The translations under genes and the position numbers were made by a program. A stretch of 63,782 nucleotides of DNA, the filler included, from Pseudomonadota bacterium (GTDB lineage: Bacteria > Desulfobacterota > Desulfobacteria > Desulfobacterales > JBDRRP01): the NCBI GenBank assembly GCA_043825735.1. It is 6 parts of 5 records of this genome, joined end to end, with 100 filler letters (N's around TTAATTAATTAA, not from the genome) between each part and the next. Parts side by side here need not be neighbours in the genome. Positions count along the whole stretch, not along the records: positions 9,167 to 20,991 come from JBDRRP010000073.1; 5 more parts are not named here. The stretch is one strand, 5' to 3'. Positions 9,199 to 19,578 of the stretch are shown piece after piece (within the stretch, counting starts at the first letter, position 1; every line of letters begins with the position of its first letter). The notes beneath the pieces are model-generated. The model searched no databases. It was not told the origin of the DNA and saw nothing but the letters and a program-made list of their open reading frames with translations.

Positions 9199-11121
9199 TT
9201 AGAAATCTGCAAAATCGTCGTCGTCCAGAGGGATCACTTCCTTGGCGGATCGCGCTACGGCTTGGATGGCGGGCCTTTCTGCGACCGTGCGTTCCGGCGG
9301 CGACCGATGCCCGGCGGCGGCAGCACCTGTCGTCGGCTCCTGAGGCGCATCCGCGTGGTGATCCAGCCCCATCAGATCCACCAGCTCCAGGACCATGGCC
9401 TTCATCTGCCCGCCCTGGGCGTTGAGCTCCTCGGCAGCGGCGGCGGACTGCTCGGCACCGGTGGCGTTCTGCTGGGTGATCTTGTCCATTTCCGTCACGG
9501 CCGTGTTGATCTGGACGATGCCCTGGGCCTGCTCCCGTGAGGCGGCGGCAATCTCGCCGATAATGTCACCCACCTTCCGGGCGTTGCCCGATACCTCATG
9601 AAAGGCCTCTGCAGTGGTGGTCACCAGCTCGCCGCCTTCGGCCACCCGGCGCACCGTCGTCTCAATGAGATCGGCGGTATCGTGGGCGGCGGCCGCCGAA
9701 CGCTGGGCCAAACTGCGCACTTCATCGGCCACCACGGCAAATCCCGCGCCGGCCGCTCCGGCACGCGCCGCTTCCACCGCAGCGTTGAGCGCCAGCAGAT
9801 TGGTCTGAAAAGCAATCTCATCGATCGTCTTGATGATCTTCTGGGTTTCTTCACTGGCCCTGGAAATGGCCTCCATGGAGCCGGTTACCCGATTCATCGA
9901 CGCATTGGCCCGATCCGCCACCGCGTTGGTCTCGTGCATGAGCTGATCGGCCTGATTGGCGTTGTCGGCATTTTGCTGGGTCATGGCGGCCATCTCTTCC
10001 AGTGACGCTGAGGTTTCTTCGATGGACGCCGCCTGCTCCGAGGCGCCCAGTGCCAGAGACTGGCTCGACGCCGACACCTGCCCGGCCGCGGAAGATACCT
10101 GATCGACGCCCTCGTTGATACCGGAAATGATGCGTCTCAAGGGACGGGTGATGGAGCGGGTAAAAAACAGCACCCCGATGATCGACAGCAGGGTAAATCC
10201 GCCCCCGAGGATGAAGATCGCCATGCGGATGTCCTTGGCGGTAGCCATGAGTTCATCGCTGTCCTGGGTGACGGCCACACTCCAGCCGGTCAGCGGCACG
10301 GGAGCGAAACCGAGAATCTTGCTGACGCCCTCGTTGACATAGCCCGCAACGCCGGTTTCCCGCGCGATCATGCGACGGGCGATTTCCGCCATACCCTCGC
10401 GCTTTGAGATATCGCGTTTGAGAATGAATTCCTTTTTCGGATGCGCGATGACCGTACCGGTATGGTCCACGATAAACGGGTACCCGGTCTGGCCAACGGT
10501 TACAGCGGTAATCTTTGCAGAAAGGAAATCGCCCTTGAGTACGAGGATGACCGACCCCGTCATCTGCCCCATGACATCCATCATTGGTGCACACACGGGA
10601 ATCACCGGCTCGCCGGAAAAACTGGAGGCCACGACCTCGCCCACCACGGGTTTGCCTTGGGCAGCCTTTTTGAAATACCCGCGATCGGCGACAGAGGTCC
10701 CTGCATACTTGCCGCCATGGCCGTCGGCGTAAACCAATCCGGCGCCATCGGTGGCCAGGATGGTTTCATAATCCGCGCCGGTGGCCTTCATGAACGCCGA
10801 GAGCTGGTTGTTGAGCTTCATCACCTCCAGCTCGGCATTTTCCGCACCAAACTGCGACACCGCGGTGGCTGTCTCCTGAAAATCAGGCCGGGCGGCAAAC
10901 AGCCCGGCCAGTTTAAGCTCCTCGGCCAGCACCATCCCCACCATGTTTGTCATGTCCTAGGCCAGCGCAACGGCCTGCTGTTCAGCCGCTGCGAGCACCC
11001 CGGAAGACGCTTTGGTGACTGCGTACAGGCCGACACAGACCAGGGGAAGCACGACCAGCAGAATCCCCCCGGTCACAAGTCTCAAGCCAAGCGGCCATCG
11101 CGTTCGTTTTGTTCCGAGCAT
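9199..11121 (-). pseudogene. Methyl-accepting chemotaxis protein (Cache sensor) interrupted by one in-frame TAG
   Basis: [22 protein letters not shown]1 encoded upstream of the TAG at 10957-10959 in the same frame (AVALA*DMTNMV). Confidence 0.85.
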
Positions 11122-11511
11122 GCCAGCATTTCCTCCGGTTATCGTTGGTTTCAATCCACAAATGGCCATTCATTCTATAGCGACGGGCTTTGGCTAATTT
11201 CCCTTACAGCCAATGGTATCGCCCCAGAGGGCAGATACTTTAATGCAAATCGGTTCTTCGGGTCACCGCAGTGCAAGGTGACGGGTATCCCTCTCAACCG
11301 GCCGCATGTCCTTTGTCATCATGGACACGGTTTTGCACCGCATTGAAAAACCGGGCGCCATTGAGTTGAAAAATGAGCTGTTCCGTGAAATGATCCGGTT
11401 CAAACAGGTCGACGAACGATACACCGCCGACGAACTGCCCTTAAACACGCGGGAGCGTCCCCCGATGATGGATATCCCGGAACACCGCTATCAATTTTAT
11501 CCCGAATCCCA

Positions 11512-12549
11512 TTGAAGATACCTGCCCCCCCACCGTTTCCGCCTCCGGGCGGCACGCCGACGCCCGACCTGCTGATGGACCGCTGCGCCCGCCGGCTGAA
11601 CTATCTGCGGGTCTCCATCACCGATCGGTGCAATCTCAGATGCACCTACTGCATGCCCGGAGACCGGATCCACAAATTGCGCCACGAGGACATCCTCTCC
11701 TACGAAGAGATTTTCCGTGTGCTGCGCATCGGCGCGGATATGGGCATCACCAAGGTGAGAATCACCGGCGGTGAGCCTCTGGTGAGAAAAGGGGTCATGG
11801 CCTTCATCCGAAACGTCTGCGGCATCGATGCGCTGGAGGACGTTTCCCTGACCACCAACGGCCTTCTTTTGGGGCCCCAGCTGGCGGCCCTCAAAGCCGC
11901 GGGCATCCGCCGGATCAATGTCAGTCTCGACACCCTGAGACCGGCGCGCTACCGGGCCATCACCGGAACCGACGGGTTTGCCACTGTGTGGAGGGCCCTC
12001 ATGGACGCCCTCGAAATGGGGTTTGAACCCATCAAGATCAACGTGGTGGCCTTAAAAGGCGTCAATGACGACGAGTTGGTGGACCTGGCCAGGTTGTCCA
12101 TCGACACCCCGCTTCACATCCGCTTCATCGAACACATGCCGATCGGCACTTCCGCCGTGCCGCACACGGCCCAGTTGCTCGTTTCCGAGATCCGCGCCCT
12201 GGTGGAAACCGTCTCGCCGCTGGAACCCGTCGCGGCGACGCGCCACGATGGCCCGGCCCGGCGATTCCGGTTCCCCGGCGCCCGGGGGGAAGTGGGCTTC
12301 ATCTCTTCCATCAGCAGCCATTTCTGCGCCACCTGCAACCGGCTTCGGCTCACCGCCCGGGGGAGCATCCGCCCCTGCCTGCTGGCCGATAAGGAAGTGG
12401 ATCTGCGCGGACTGCTCAGAGCCGGCGCACCGGATGAGGCCGTACGGGAGGCTTTTCTTGCCGCCATCCGCCTCAAGGGCGCCGATCACGGCATCGGCCC
12501 GGACCAGGCCTGCGGCCCATCGCGTCACATGTCGTCCATCGGAGGGTAG
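11512..12549 (+). CDS. moaA: GTP 3',8-cyclase MoaA
   Basis: YLRVSITDRCNLRCTYCM, FCATCNRLRLT, C-terminal MSSIGG; start uncertain. Confidence 0.96.
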   Translation: MKIPAPPPFPPPGGTPTPDLLMDRCARRLNYLRVSITDRCNLRCTYCMPGDRIHKLRHEDILSYEEIFRVLRIGADMGITKVRITGGEPLVRKGVMAFIRNVCGIDALEDVSLTTNGLLLGPQLAALKAAGIRRINVSLDTLRPARYRAITGTDGFATVWRALMDALEMGFEPIKINVVALKGVNDDELVDLARLSIDTPLHIRFIEHMPIGTSAVPHTAQLLVSEIRALVETVSPLEPVAATRHDGPARRFRFPGARGEVGFISSISSHFCATCNRLRLTARGSIRPCLLADKEVDLRGLLRAGAPDEAVREAFLAAIRLKGADHGIGPDQACGPSRHMSSIGG

Positions 12550-12741
12550 CGCGCCCCGGCGGTGTCGGGGTATCGCGTCCAACAGAACAGCCCTTTGTGA
12601 GGTGTCATAATGAAATTTTGCGCAGCAGCCCGGATATGCCCGCCCTTCGCAAAAAACTGGTCATGCTGGTAAGACTCTGGGTGATCGATCATATCGTCAA
12701 AGAAGACATGAAAATGAAACCAAAATCCTACGAGTAGCGTC

Positions 12742-15519
12742 ATGGCAAACAAGCGCAGCATCAGCACCACATTTCTGTTCAACCTGCTGCTGGTGACGGT
12801 CATTTCCATTGGTCTGCTGGGCTGTCTCTGGACGTGGCAGCAATATGTGGGCTTCGGGCGGGAATCAACCCAATTGCGGGAAATGATGCTGACCAACTAC
12901 AAGAATCTGCTCAAAACCCAGGTTCAGCGGTCGGTGGATTATATCGAGTACCGAAAGTCGCTCACAGAAGCACGGCTGCGCGACTCGATTCAGGCGCGGG
13001 TCGCTGAGGCCTATGACATTGCAATCAACCACTATGAGACATGCAGGGATTGCAAATCGCCGCAGGACATCCAATCGACCATCAAGGAATCCCTGCGGCC
13101 GATGCGATTCAACCGGGGCCGAGGGTACTTCTTTATCGTCGATCTTGAGGGCACCATCCAACTGCGGGGGGACCGGCCCGAACTGGAAGGCAAAAATCTG
13201 CTGAGTGTCCAGGGGGGGCCGGAAGCACGGGTCATCCAGGATATGATCGCGCTGTGCCGGCAGCAGGGGGAAGGGTTTTATCGATACGACTGGTCCAAAC
13301 CGGACATCGAGGGGGGCGCCTTTCCCAAGATCGCCTTCGTCAAGCTGTTCGCGCCCTATGGCTGGATCATCGGCACCGGCGCCTATCTCGATGATTTCGA
13401 GGCCACGATCAAGGCCGAAGTGCTGAGCTACCTGGGGACCATCAGGTTCGGCAAGGACGGATACGTGTTCATTGCCCAATGGGACGGGCTGGATCTGACC
13501 GGGCCGGCCAAGGGGCGAAACATGCTGGGCGTCACCGACCCCGACGGGGTCAAGATCGTCCAGGAATTGATCGCACTTGCCAAATCCGGCGGCGGCTATC
13601 TGAAGTATGTCATGCCCAGGTTCAAGGGCAAAAAGCCCGATCCCAAGCTGAGCTACGTTCAAGGCATCAAAGACTGGCAGTGGTATGTCGGTGCCGGCAT
13701 CTACATCGACGACATCGAGATGGCCATCGCGGCAAAACACGCCGAGATGACTCGGGAAATGGTTAAAAGTGTCATTCAAATCGCCGCTGTCCTGCTGGGT
13801 CTTACGCTCTTGACCGTTTTCTGGGCCCGGCAGACTGCCCGTAACGTTCGCATCAGTTTCGACCGTTTCACCACCTTTTTCGACAAGGGCGCCCGCGAGT
13901 CGGCAGTCATCGATCCGGGGGGCATGCGCTATGAGGAGTTTGAACTTCTGGCCCAAGCCGCCAACCAGATGATCGAAGCACGGATCGTCGCCCGGGACGC
14001 GCTGCAGGAAAACAAGGAGTGGCTGCAAAGCATCCTGGATTCAATCCAGGCCGGCGTGGTCGTCATCGACCCTCAGACCCACACCATCATCGAACTCAAT
14101 CAGGCGGCCGTCGAGATGATCGGCACGACAAAGGATCGACTGATCGACACGATCTGCCACAACCATATCTGCCCCAATGACATCGGGGCCTGCCCCGTGA
14201 CGGATCGCGGGCTCAACGTAGAACAATCGGACCGGGAACTGCTCACGGCCGATGGCACCCGGATGCCGATCCTGAAGACGGTGAACCGCGCCACGATCAA
14301 CGGGAAGGATTACCTGATCGAGAGCTTCCTGGACATGAGCGATAAGAAGCGGCTCGAATCCATGCTGCTGCAGGCCCAGAAAATGGAGGCCATCGGCACC
14401 CTGGCCGGCGGCATCGCCCATGACTTCAACAACATCCTCTCGCCGATCATGGCCTATTCAGAGATGGGCATGCTGGATTTTCCGCCGGACGACCCGATAC
14501 ACCACAGTTTTCAGCACATCTACCATGCGGCAGAGCGGGCCCGAGACCTGGTGAAACAAATCCTGACCTTTGCCCGCACGAAGAAAGAAAACCGCATCCC
14601 GTTAAGGGCGTCCCTGGTGGTGAATGAAGCCCTCAAGTTTCTGCGGTCGACCATTCCGTCCACCATTAAAATCCAGTATGATTGCGCGGCGGATCAGGAC
14701 ACCGTCCTTGCCGACCTCACGCAGATGAATCAAATTGTCATGAACCTGTGCACCAACGCCACTCAGGCCATGCGGGACAAGGCAGGGGCGTTGGAAGTGA
14801 CGCTTTGCAACGAAGCTGTCGGGCACGGTGAGACGACCCCGATGGACGGTTTAAATCCGGGACAGTACCTTAGACTAACCGTCAGGGACTCGGGATCCGG
14901 CATTCCTGCCGACATCATCGACAAAATTTTCGATCCCTATTTTACGACGAAAGGCCCTGGGGAAGGAACCGGGCTCGGGCTGGCGGTGGTGCACGGCATC
15001 GTGAAAAGCTATGGCGGGAACATCACCGTCGAAAGCACGGCCGGAGAGGGAACCACCTTCCACATTTTGCTTCCCGTCATTGAAGCCGATGTCACTACGG
15101 ATCGGGCGCCTGAGGTCCGAATGCCCGGCGGCAGTGAACGCATCCTCTTCGTGGATGACGAAAAGACGACCATCGATTCGCTGCAATCGGTACTGGAAAG
15201 GCTGGGTTATCACGTGACGGCCAGAACGAGCAGCCTCGAGGCCTTTGACACGTTTCGCAGGGGACCGGATGGATTCGATCTGGTGATCACCGATATGACC
15301 ATGCCGGAAATGACCGGGAAAGCGCTGGCAGAAGCACTGATCGCGATACGCCCGGATATTCCAATCATCCTGTGCACCGGATTCAGTGATCAGATCGACG
15401 AAAAACGGGCGCAGGAAATCGGCATCCGGGCCTTTGTCATGAAGCCCGTTGCCATTCACGACCTGGCCCAGTTGATCCGCAAAACGCTGGATGATCGCAG
15501 CGGCATTCTGAAAACGTGA
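12742..15519 (+). CDS. Hybrid sensor kinase (2 Cache, PAS, HisKA, HATPase, REC)
   Basis: GTLAGGIAHDFNN, GTGLGLAVVHGIV, ILFVDDE, VITDMTMP. Confidence 0.93.
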   Translation: MANKRSISTTFLFNLLLVTVISIGLLGCLWTWQQYVGFGRESTQLREMMLTNYKNLLKTQVQRSVDYIEYRKSLTEARLRDSIQARVAEAYDIAINHYETCRDCKSPQDIQSTIKESLRPMRFNRGRGYFFIVDLEGTIQLRGDRPELEGKNLLSVQGGPEARVIQDMIALCRQQGEGFYRYDWSKPDIEGGAFPKIAFVKLFAPYGWIIGTGAYLDDFEATIKAEVLSYLGTIRFGKDGYVFIAQWDGLDLTGPAKGRNMLGVTDPDGVKIVQELIALAKSGGGYLKYVMPRFKGKKPDPKLSYVQGIKDWQWYVGAGIYIDDIEMAIAAKHAEMTREMVKSVIQIAAVLLGLTLLTVFWARQTARNVRISFDRFTTFFDKGARESAVIDPGGMRYEEFELLAQAANQMIEARIVARDALQENKEWLQSILDSIQAGVVVIDPQTHTIIELNQAAVEMIGTTKDRLIDTICHNHICPNDIGACPVTDRGLNVEQSDRELLTADGTRMPILKTVNRATINGKDYLIESFLDMSDKKRLESMLLQAQKMEAIGTLAGGIAHDFNNILSPIMAYSEMGMLDFPPDDPIHHSFQHIYHAAERARDLVKQILTFARTKKENRIPLRASLVVNEALKFLRSTIPSTIKIQYDCAADQDTVLADLTQMNQIVMNLCTNATQAMRDKAGALEVTLCNEAVGHGETTPMDGLNPGQYLRLTVRDSGSGIPADIIDKIFDPYFTTKGPGEGTGLGLAVVHGIVKSYGGNITVESTAGEGTTFHILLPVIEADVTTDRAPEVRMPGGSERILFVDDEKTTIDSLQSVLERLGYHVTARTSSLEAFDTFRRGPDGFDLVITDMTMPEMTGKALAEALIAIRPDIPIILCTGFSDQIDEKRAQEIGIRAFVMKPVAIHDLAQLIRKTLDDRSGILKT

Positions 15520-15566
15520 GTTATTCGGAATTCAACCGATGCGTCGAAAACACCTGATGGCAAAAT

Positions 15567-15730
15567 TATAGCCATTGTCAGTAATACGTTCCGTTTGAAC
15601 AACAACGCCGTGTGAACATCGAAATCGCTATCGGGATCGGTATCGACCGCAGAAAACATCGATTTCGATCCCGATTTCGATCCCGATCCCGAAAGAACCT
15701 TGCAGATGATACGGAATATTATTCTGACAA
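15567..15730 (+). repeat. About 165-bp element, left copy, with ATCGRR hexamer tracts
   Basis: Begins TATAGCCATTGTCAGTAATACGTTCCG; inverted copy at 17147-17316. Confidence 0.8.
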
Positions 15731-15811
15731 GTGCACTAAATGCCAGAGTGAAGGGTTCTCCCCGGCATTGGTCGTTCACTCGGTACCTGCCGTTTGGCTG
15801 AGGTCAAAACT

Positions 15812-15944
15812 TGATGAATCCGTAAAAAAGCAATTTTCTCGCAAAGACGCCAAGCACGCAAAGAAATTTATTTTTAATATCAATGTGTTAACTTTGCGAT
15901 CTCTGCGGCTTTGCGAGAGATTCGGACTTTTTACGGGCGCATCA
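15812..15944. mobile_element. MITE-like element (TGATG..CGTAAAAAG ends) enclosing CGCAAAG inverted repeats
   Basis: TGATGAATCCGTAAAAAAG / ACTTTTTACGGGCGCATCA; same end family as 5333-5478. Confidence 0.65.
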
Positions 15945-15977
15945 AACTTGATGGTCCCGTAATAAGTCCCAAAAGCC

Positions 15978-16086
15978 GTCACCCCGGCGACCTGTCCGCC
16001 ATAGCATAGCGACGGTGGAAGGCCGGGGCCCCGAAGTGCTTGAGATCACTGGATCCCGGATCTCGTTTCACTCGTCCGGGATGACG
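15978..16086. repeat. REP-like palindrome with nested insertion
   Basis: Near-identical to 5362-5440 plus insert CCTGTCCGCCATAGCATAGCGACGGTGGA. Confidence 0.7.
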
Positions 16087-16223
16087 AAAATGGGAAAAAA
16101 CCAACTGGCGCTTTCTGCATAAACGTGTTTGTTTTTTCTTTGGGCACTTCGTGGCCTTCGTGGTTCACACCGAGTGCTGCGGGTAAAGTCAACTTGGGTA
16201 TTGTACATCAGCAGGTTCGGAAA

Positions 16224-16988
16224 ATGGCCCGACGACTGACGGCGTTGATATGGATAGGAATGGCGATGGCGGGAATGGATGGGTCAGTGGACAGCGCCTT
16301 TGCAGCAGCTCATGACAGCGCGACGCCGAAAGGCTGCGTGGTGCTGCTGCACGGCTTGGGACGCACCCACCGGTCCATGGCGCCGATGGCCGCATTCCTC
16401 AAGACCGCGGGCTATTACTGCGCCAATATCGACTATCCCTCCACCGATCATGCCATCGAGGCTCTGGCAGAAACAGCCGTCACTGAAGGCATCGCATCGT
16501 GCCGGCAGGCAGCGCCCGGTGCGCCCATCCATTTTGTCACCCACTCCATGGGGGGCATCCTGGTGCGCTATTACCTCTCGCAGCGCCAGGTCGCGGAACT
16601 GGGCAGCGTGGTCATGATCAGCCCGCCCAACCAGGGCAGCGAGGCGGCCCAATCGCTTCAGGGGCTGGCCTTCTACCGATGGCTCAACGGACCCGCCGGC
16701 CAGCAGCTGGGCACCGGGCCCGGCAGCCTGCCGGCCGCCTTGGGGCCCGTTGACTTTCCCCTGGGAATCATCACCGGCAACCAGAGCGGCATCTTCGATT
16801 TCTGGCTGACAGGCGTGTTTTCCGGCGAAAACGACGGCAAGGTCTCGGTGGAACGGGCCAAGGTGGCCGGCATGACCGATTTTATCGTGCTGCCCCACAA
16901 TCACACCTTCATCATGCAGCAGGAAGACGTGATGGATCAGGTGCGGTATTTCCTGAAAAACGGCCGGTTTCGACGCCGACCCAACTAA
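16224..16988 (+). CDS. Secreted alpha/beta hydrolase (lipase/esterase-like)
   Basis: VVLLHGLG, THSMGG nucleophile elbow, NDGKVSV, NHTFIM. Confidence 0.88.
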   Translation: MARRLTALIWIGMAMAGMDGSVDSAFAAAHDSATPKGCVVLLHGLGRTHRSMAPMAAFLKTAGYYCANIDYPSTDHAIEALAETAVTEGIASCRQAAPGAPIHFVTHSMGGILVRYYLSQRQVAELGSVVMISPPNQGSEAAQSLQGLAFYRWLNGPAGQQLGTGPGSLPAALGPVDFPLGIITGNQSGIFDFWLTGVFSGENDGKVSVERAKVAGMTDFIVLPHNHTFIMQQEDVMDQVRYFLKNGRFRRRPN

Positions 16989-17146
16989 TCAGTGCCATCC
17001 GTGAATGCCCATTTCGTCCTTCCCCAGGATAGGAGCGTGGCCGGTGGGAAGAGATCACCGGCCCCACCACGTTGGGCGCCGGTTTGAACACGATTCCGCA
17101 CCGATTGAAAGTGCATGTTTTGTCGGTGGGATGTACCTGAGAGCAG

Positions 17147-17316
17147 TTGGCAGAATAATGTTTCGTTTCATCGCCAAGATCCTATCAGGGTCGGGATCGA
17201 AATCGGGATCGAAATCGATGTTTTCCAAAGCCGATAGCGATACCGATAGCGATTTCGATTTCGATGTTCACCAGGCGTTGTTGTGCAAACGGAACGTATT
17301 AATGACAATGGCTATA
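17147..17316 (-). repeat. About 165-bp element, right inverted copy
   Basis: Ends GGAACGTATTAATGACAATGGCTATA. Confidence 0.8.
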
Positions 17317-17349
17317 TAAAACGGATCCGCCGCCATCAGCTGTTTCCTA

Positions 17350-17378
17350 TTGACAGCCAACAGACCACGGCGTATATT
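17350..17378 (+). promoter_or_regulatory. Sigma70-type promoter upstream of the helicase
   Basis: TTGACA-17 bp-TATATT. Confidence 0.75.
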
Positions 17379-17425
17379 AGCGAACGTAAATAACCGCTGT
17401 TCCAGGAGAAAACGACCCCACTGTG

Positions 17426-17455
17426 AGCCCCGGAATTTGTCCGGGGCTTTTTTTT
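17426..17455 (+). terminator. Intrinsic terminator inside the helicase 5' leader
   Basis: AGCCCCGGA-ATTTG-TCCGGGGCT followed by a T run. Confidence 0.75.
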
Positions 17456-17539
17456 CGTGCCTTGCTCTGAACCAAAATCTACCATTTCTGAACAGGCACT
17501 CCCTCTAAGGAACGCACAAACAGAAGGAATTGGTTTTAT

Positions 17540-18880
17540 ATGAGTTTCGACGATTTCGGGTTTTTGCCCATCGTTGCCGAAGGCATTACCGCCGCCGGCT
17601 ACACCTCCCCCACCCCTATTCAGACACAGGCCATCCCGCCGGTAATGCAGGGACGCGACGTCATGGGCCTGGCCCAGACCGGCACCGGCAAGACTGCGGC
17701 CTTCGCCCTGCCCATCCTCCAGCGGCTGGCCAAAGGCCGGCGCGGACCGGTCAAGGCGCTGGTCATTGCGCCCACCCGGGAATTGGCCGAGCAGATCCAC
17801 GACGCCTTCAAGGTGCTCGGGAAAAAGATCAGCCTCCGGAGCATGACGATCTATGGCGGGGTCAATATCAACCCCCAGACCAAAGCGCTGCGAAAGGGCA
17901 CGGACATCATCGTGGCCTGCCCGGGACGCCTGCTGGACCATATCGGCCGCGGCAACGTATCGTTTGCCGGACTGGACACGCTGGTCATCGATGAAGCCGA
18001 CATGATGTTCGACATGGGTTTTTTCCCGGATATCCGGCGCATCCTGGGCCATCTCCCCCGCCAGCGGCAGACCCTCATGTTTTCGGCCACCATGCCCGGC
18101 GAAATCGGACGCCTGGCCGGCGAAGTGCTCACCAACCCCGTGCGGGTCCAGGTGGACACGCTGGCCCCGGCGGAAACCGTAAGCCACGCCCTGTACCCGG
18201 TGCAGCAGCACCTCAAGACCACCATGCTGATGGCGCTGCTCAAACGCACGGATGCGGGCTCGGTGCTGGTCTTCACCCGCACCAAGCACCGGGCCAAGCG
18301 CGTGGGCGAGCAGCTCGGCAAAGCCGGCTACCGCTCAGCCTCGCTCCAGGGCAACCTTTCCCAGAATCGGCGCAAAGAAGCCCTGGACGGCTTTCGCGAC
18401 GGCAGCTACCAGGTTCTGGTGGCCACCGACATCGCCGCCCGGGGCATCGACGTGAGCCAGATTTCCCACGTCATCAACTACGACATGCCTGACACGCCGG
18501 ACGCCTACACGCACCGCATCGGCCGCACCGGCCGCGCGGCCCGCACCGGTGATGCCTTCACCCTGGTCACCGATGAGGATACGTCCATGGTACGCGCCAT
18601 CGAACGCGTGCTGGGCAGCACCATCGAACGGCGGATGATCGAGGATTTCGACTACAAAGTGCCGGCCCCCCGGCGGGACGCCGAATTTGCCCGCCCGCCG
18701 CAGCCCGCTTCCAGACGGCGGACAACGACCACCACCAGAACCACAACGTCAGCGTCCAAAACCGGTGCAAAACCGTCCGGGCCTTCTCGAAAGCCGTCGC
18801 TCGGTCTCTCCTGGTCGCCGTCGCCGAAAGGCAAGCGCCCCCGCAACTCACGGCGCCCGGCATCCGGCGTCTCCCGGTAA
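17540..18880 (+). CDS. DEAD-box RNA helicase (RhlE-like)
   Basis: AQTGTGKT, PTRELA, DEAD, SAT, HRIGRTGR, basic tail. Confidence 0.96.
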   Translation: MSFDDFGFLPIVAEGITAAGYTSPTPIQTQAIPPVMQGRDVMGLAQTGTGKTAAFALPILQRLAKGRRGPVKALVIAPTRELAEQIHDAFKVLGKKISLRSMTIYGGVNINPQTKALRKGTDIIVACPGRLLDHIGRGNVSFAGLDTLVIDEADMMFDMGFFPDIRRILGHLPRQRQTLMFSATMPGEIGRLAGEVLTNPVRVQVDTLAPAETVSHALYPVQQHLKTTMLMALLKRTDAGSVLVFTRTKHRAKRVGEQLGKAGYRSASLQGNLSQNRRKEALDGFRDGSYQVLVATDIAARGIDVSQISHVINYDMPDTPDAYTHRIGRTGRAARTGDAFTLVTDEDTSMVRAIERVLGSTIERRMIEDFDYKVPAPRRDAEFARPPQPASRRRTTTTTRTTTSASKTGAKPSGPSRKPSLGLSWSPSPKGKRPRNSRRPASGVSR

Positions 18881-18936
18881 TCGTTCGGCGGACGACCTGA
18901 AAAACACCCCAAAACGATAGAAGAAAATAAAATCCT

Positions 18937-18983
18937 GCAGCATGACTTGTGTTCTCCGACAAGTCATGCTGCGGTTTTTTTTT
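18937..18983 (+). terminator. Intrinsic terminator
   Basis: GCAGCATGACTTGT / ACAAGTCATGCTGC stem followed by a T run. Confidence 0.85.
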
Positions 18984-18994
18984 GCGGAAAGTGA

Positions 18995-19270
18995 TATAGC
19001 GGTTGTCATCAATATGTTCCCAATCAACACGGTTCTACCCGTTGTCATGCCGGGCTTGATCCGGCATCCAGAGATCGCTTCGAAGCATCCTGGATTGTCT
19101 TAGAAACCCGATGCTTCGCATCAGGTTCCAGACATAAGTCGCCGGGGCCTTCCGCCTTCGCTCTGCGAGCTACGGCGGACACGTCGCCGGGATGACATCG
19201 GAGGCATGACTGTTCTAACGGTTTGCCTTCAACGCCCGACCAATCGGAACGTTATTATGACAATGGCTAT
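18995..19270. mobile_element. MITE-like element (TATAGC..TTGTCA ends) containing nested REP-like palindromes
   Basis: TATAGCGGTTGTCATCAATATGTTCC / GGAACGTTATTATGACAATGGCTAT; inner GTCATGCCGGGCTTGATCCGGCATCCAG. Confidence 0.65.
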
Positions 19271-19302
19271 TAATCATACAGGACACCTTCAGGAGACATT
19301 CA

Positions 19303-19578
19303 ATGGCTGGAAAAAAAGCGGCAACACTGTGGATGGTCAACGTTCTTTCATCGATCCTGTTCATCATTTTAGCGGTCACCGGCCTGGTGAACTGGCTGAT
19401 ACTGCCCCATGGCGGCCGCGGCGCGGCGGGGTTTCTGGTTGCCACCCGACATTTTCTCATGGAAATCCATGAGTGGACGGCGGTGCTGTTCATCGCCGCC
19501 ATCTGCGTGCACGTGGCGCTGCACTGGGCATATGTCAGAACCAATCTGAAAAAGTCCCTTCAAACCCAGCGTTCGTGA
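19303..19578 (+). CDS. DUF4405-like small membrane protein
   Basis: AGGAGA RBS; two TM segments; IHEW...HVALHW histidine pattern. Confidence 0.75.
   Translation: MAGKKAATLWMVNVLSSILFIILAVTGLVNWLILPHGGRGAAGFLVATRHFLMEIHEWTAVLFIAAICVHVALHWAYVRTNLKKSLQTQRS

Noticed and set aside
11322..11337. Sigma54-like GG-N10-GC upstream of moaA
   Set aside because: Imperfect consensus and no supporting evidence
15612..15962. ORFs over the ATCGRR repeats (also 17005-17319)
   Set aside because: Translations of repeat DNA, not credible proteins
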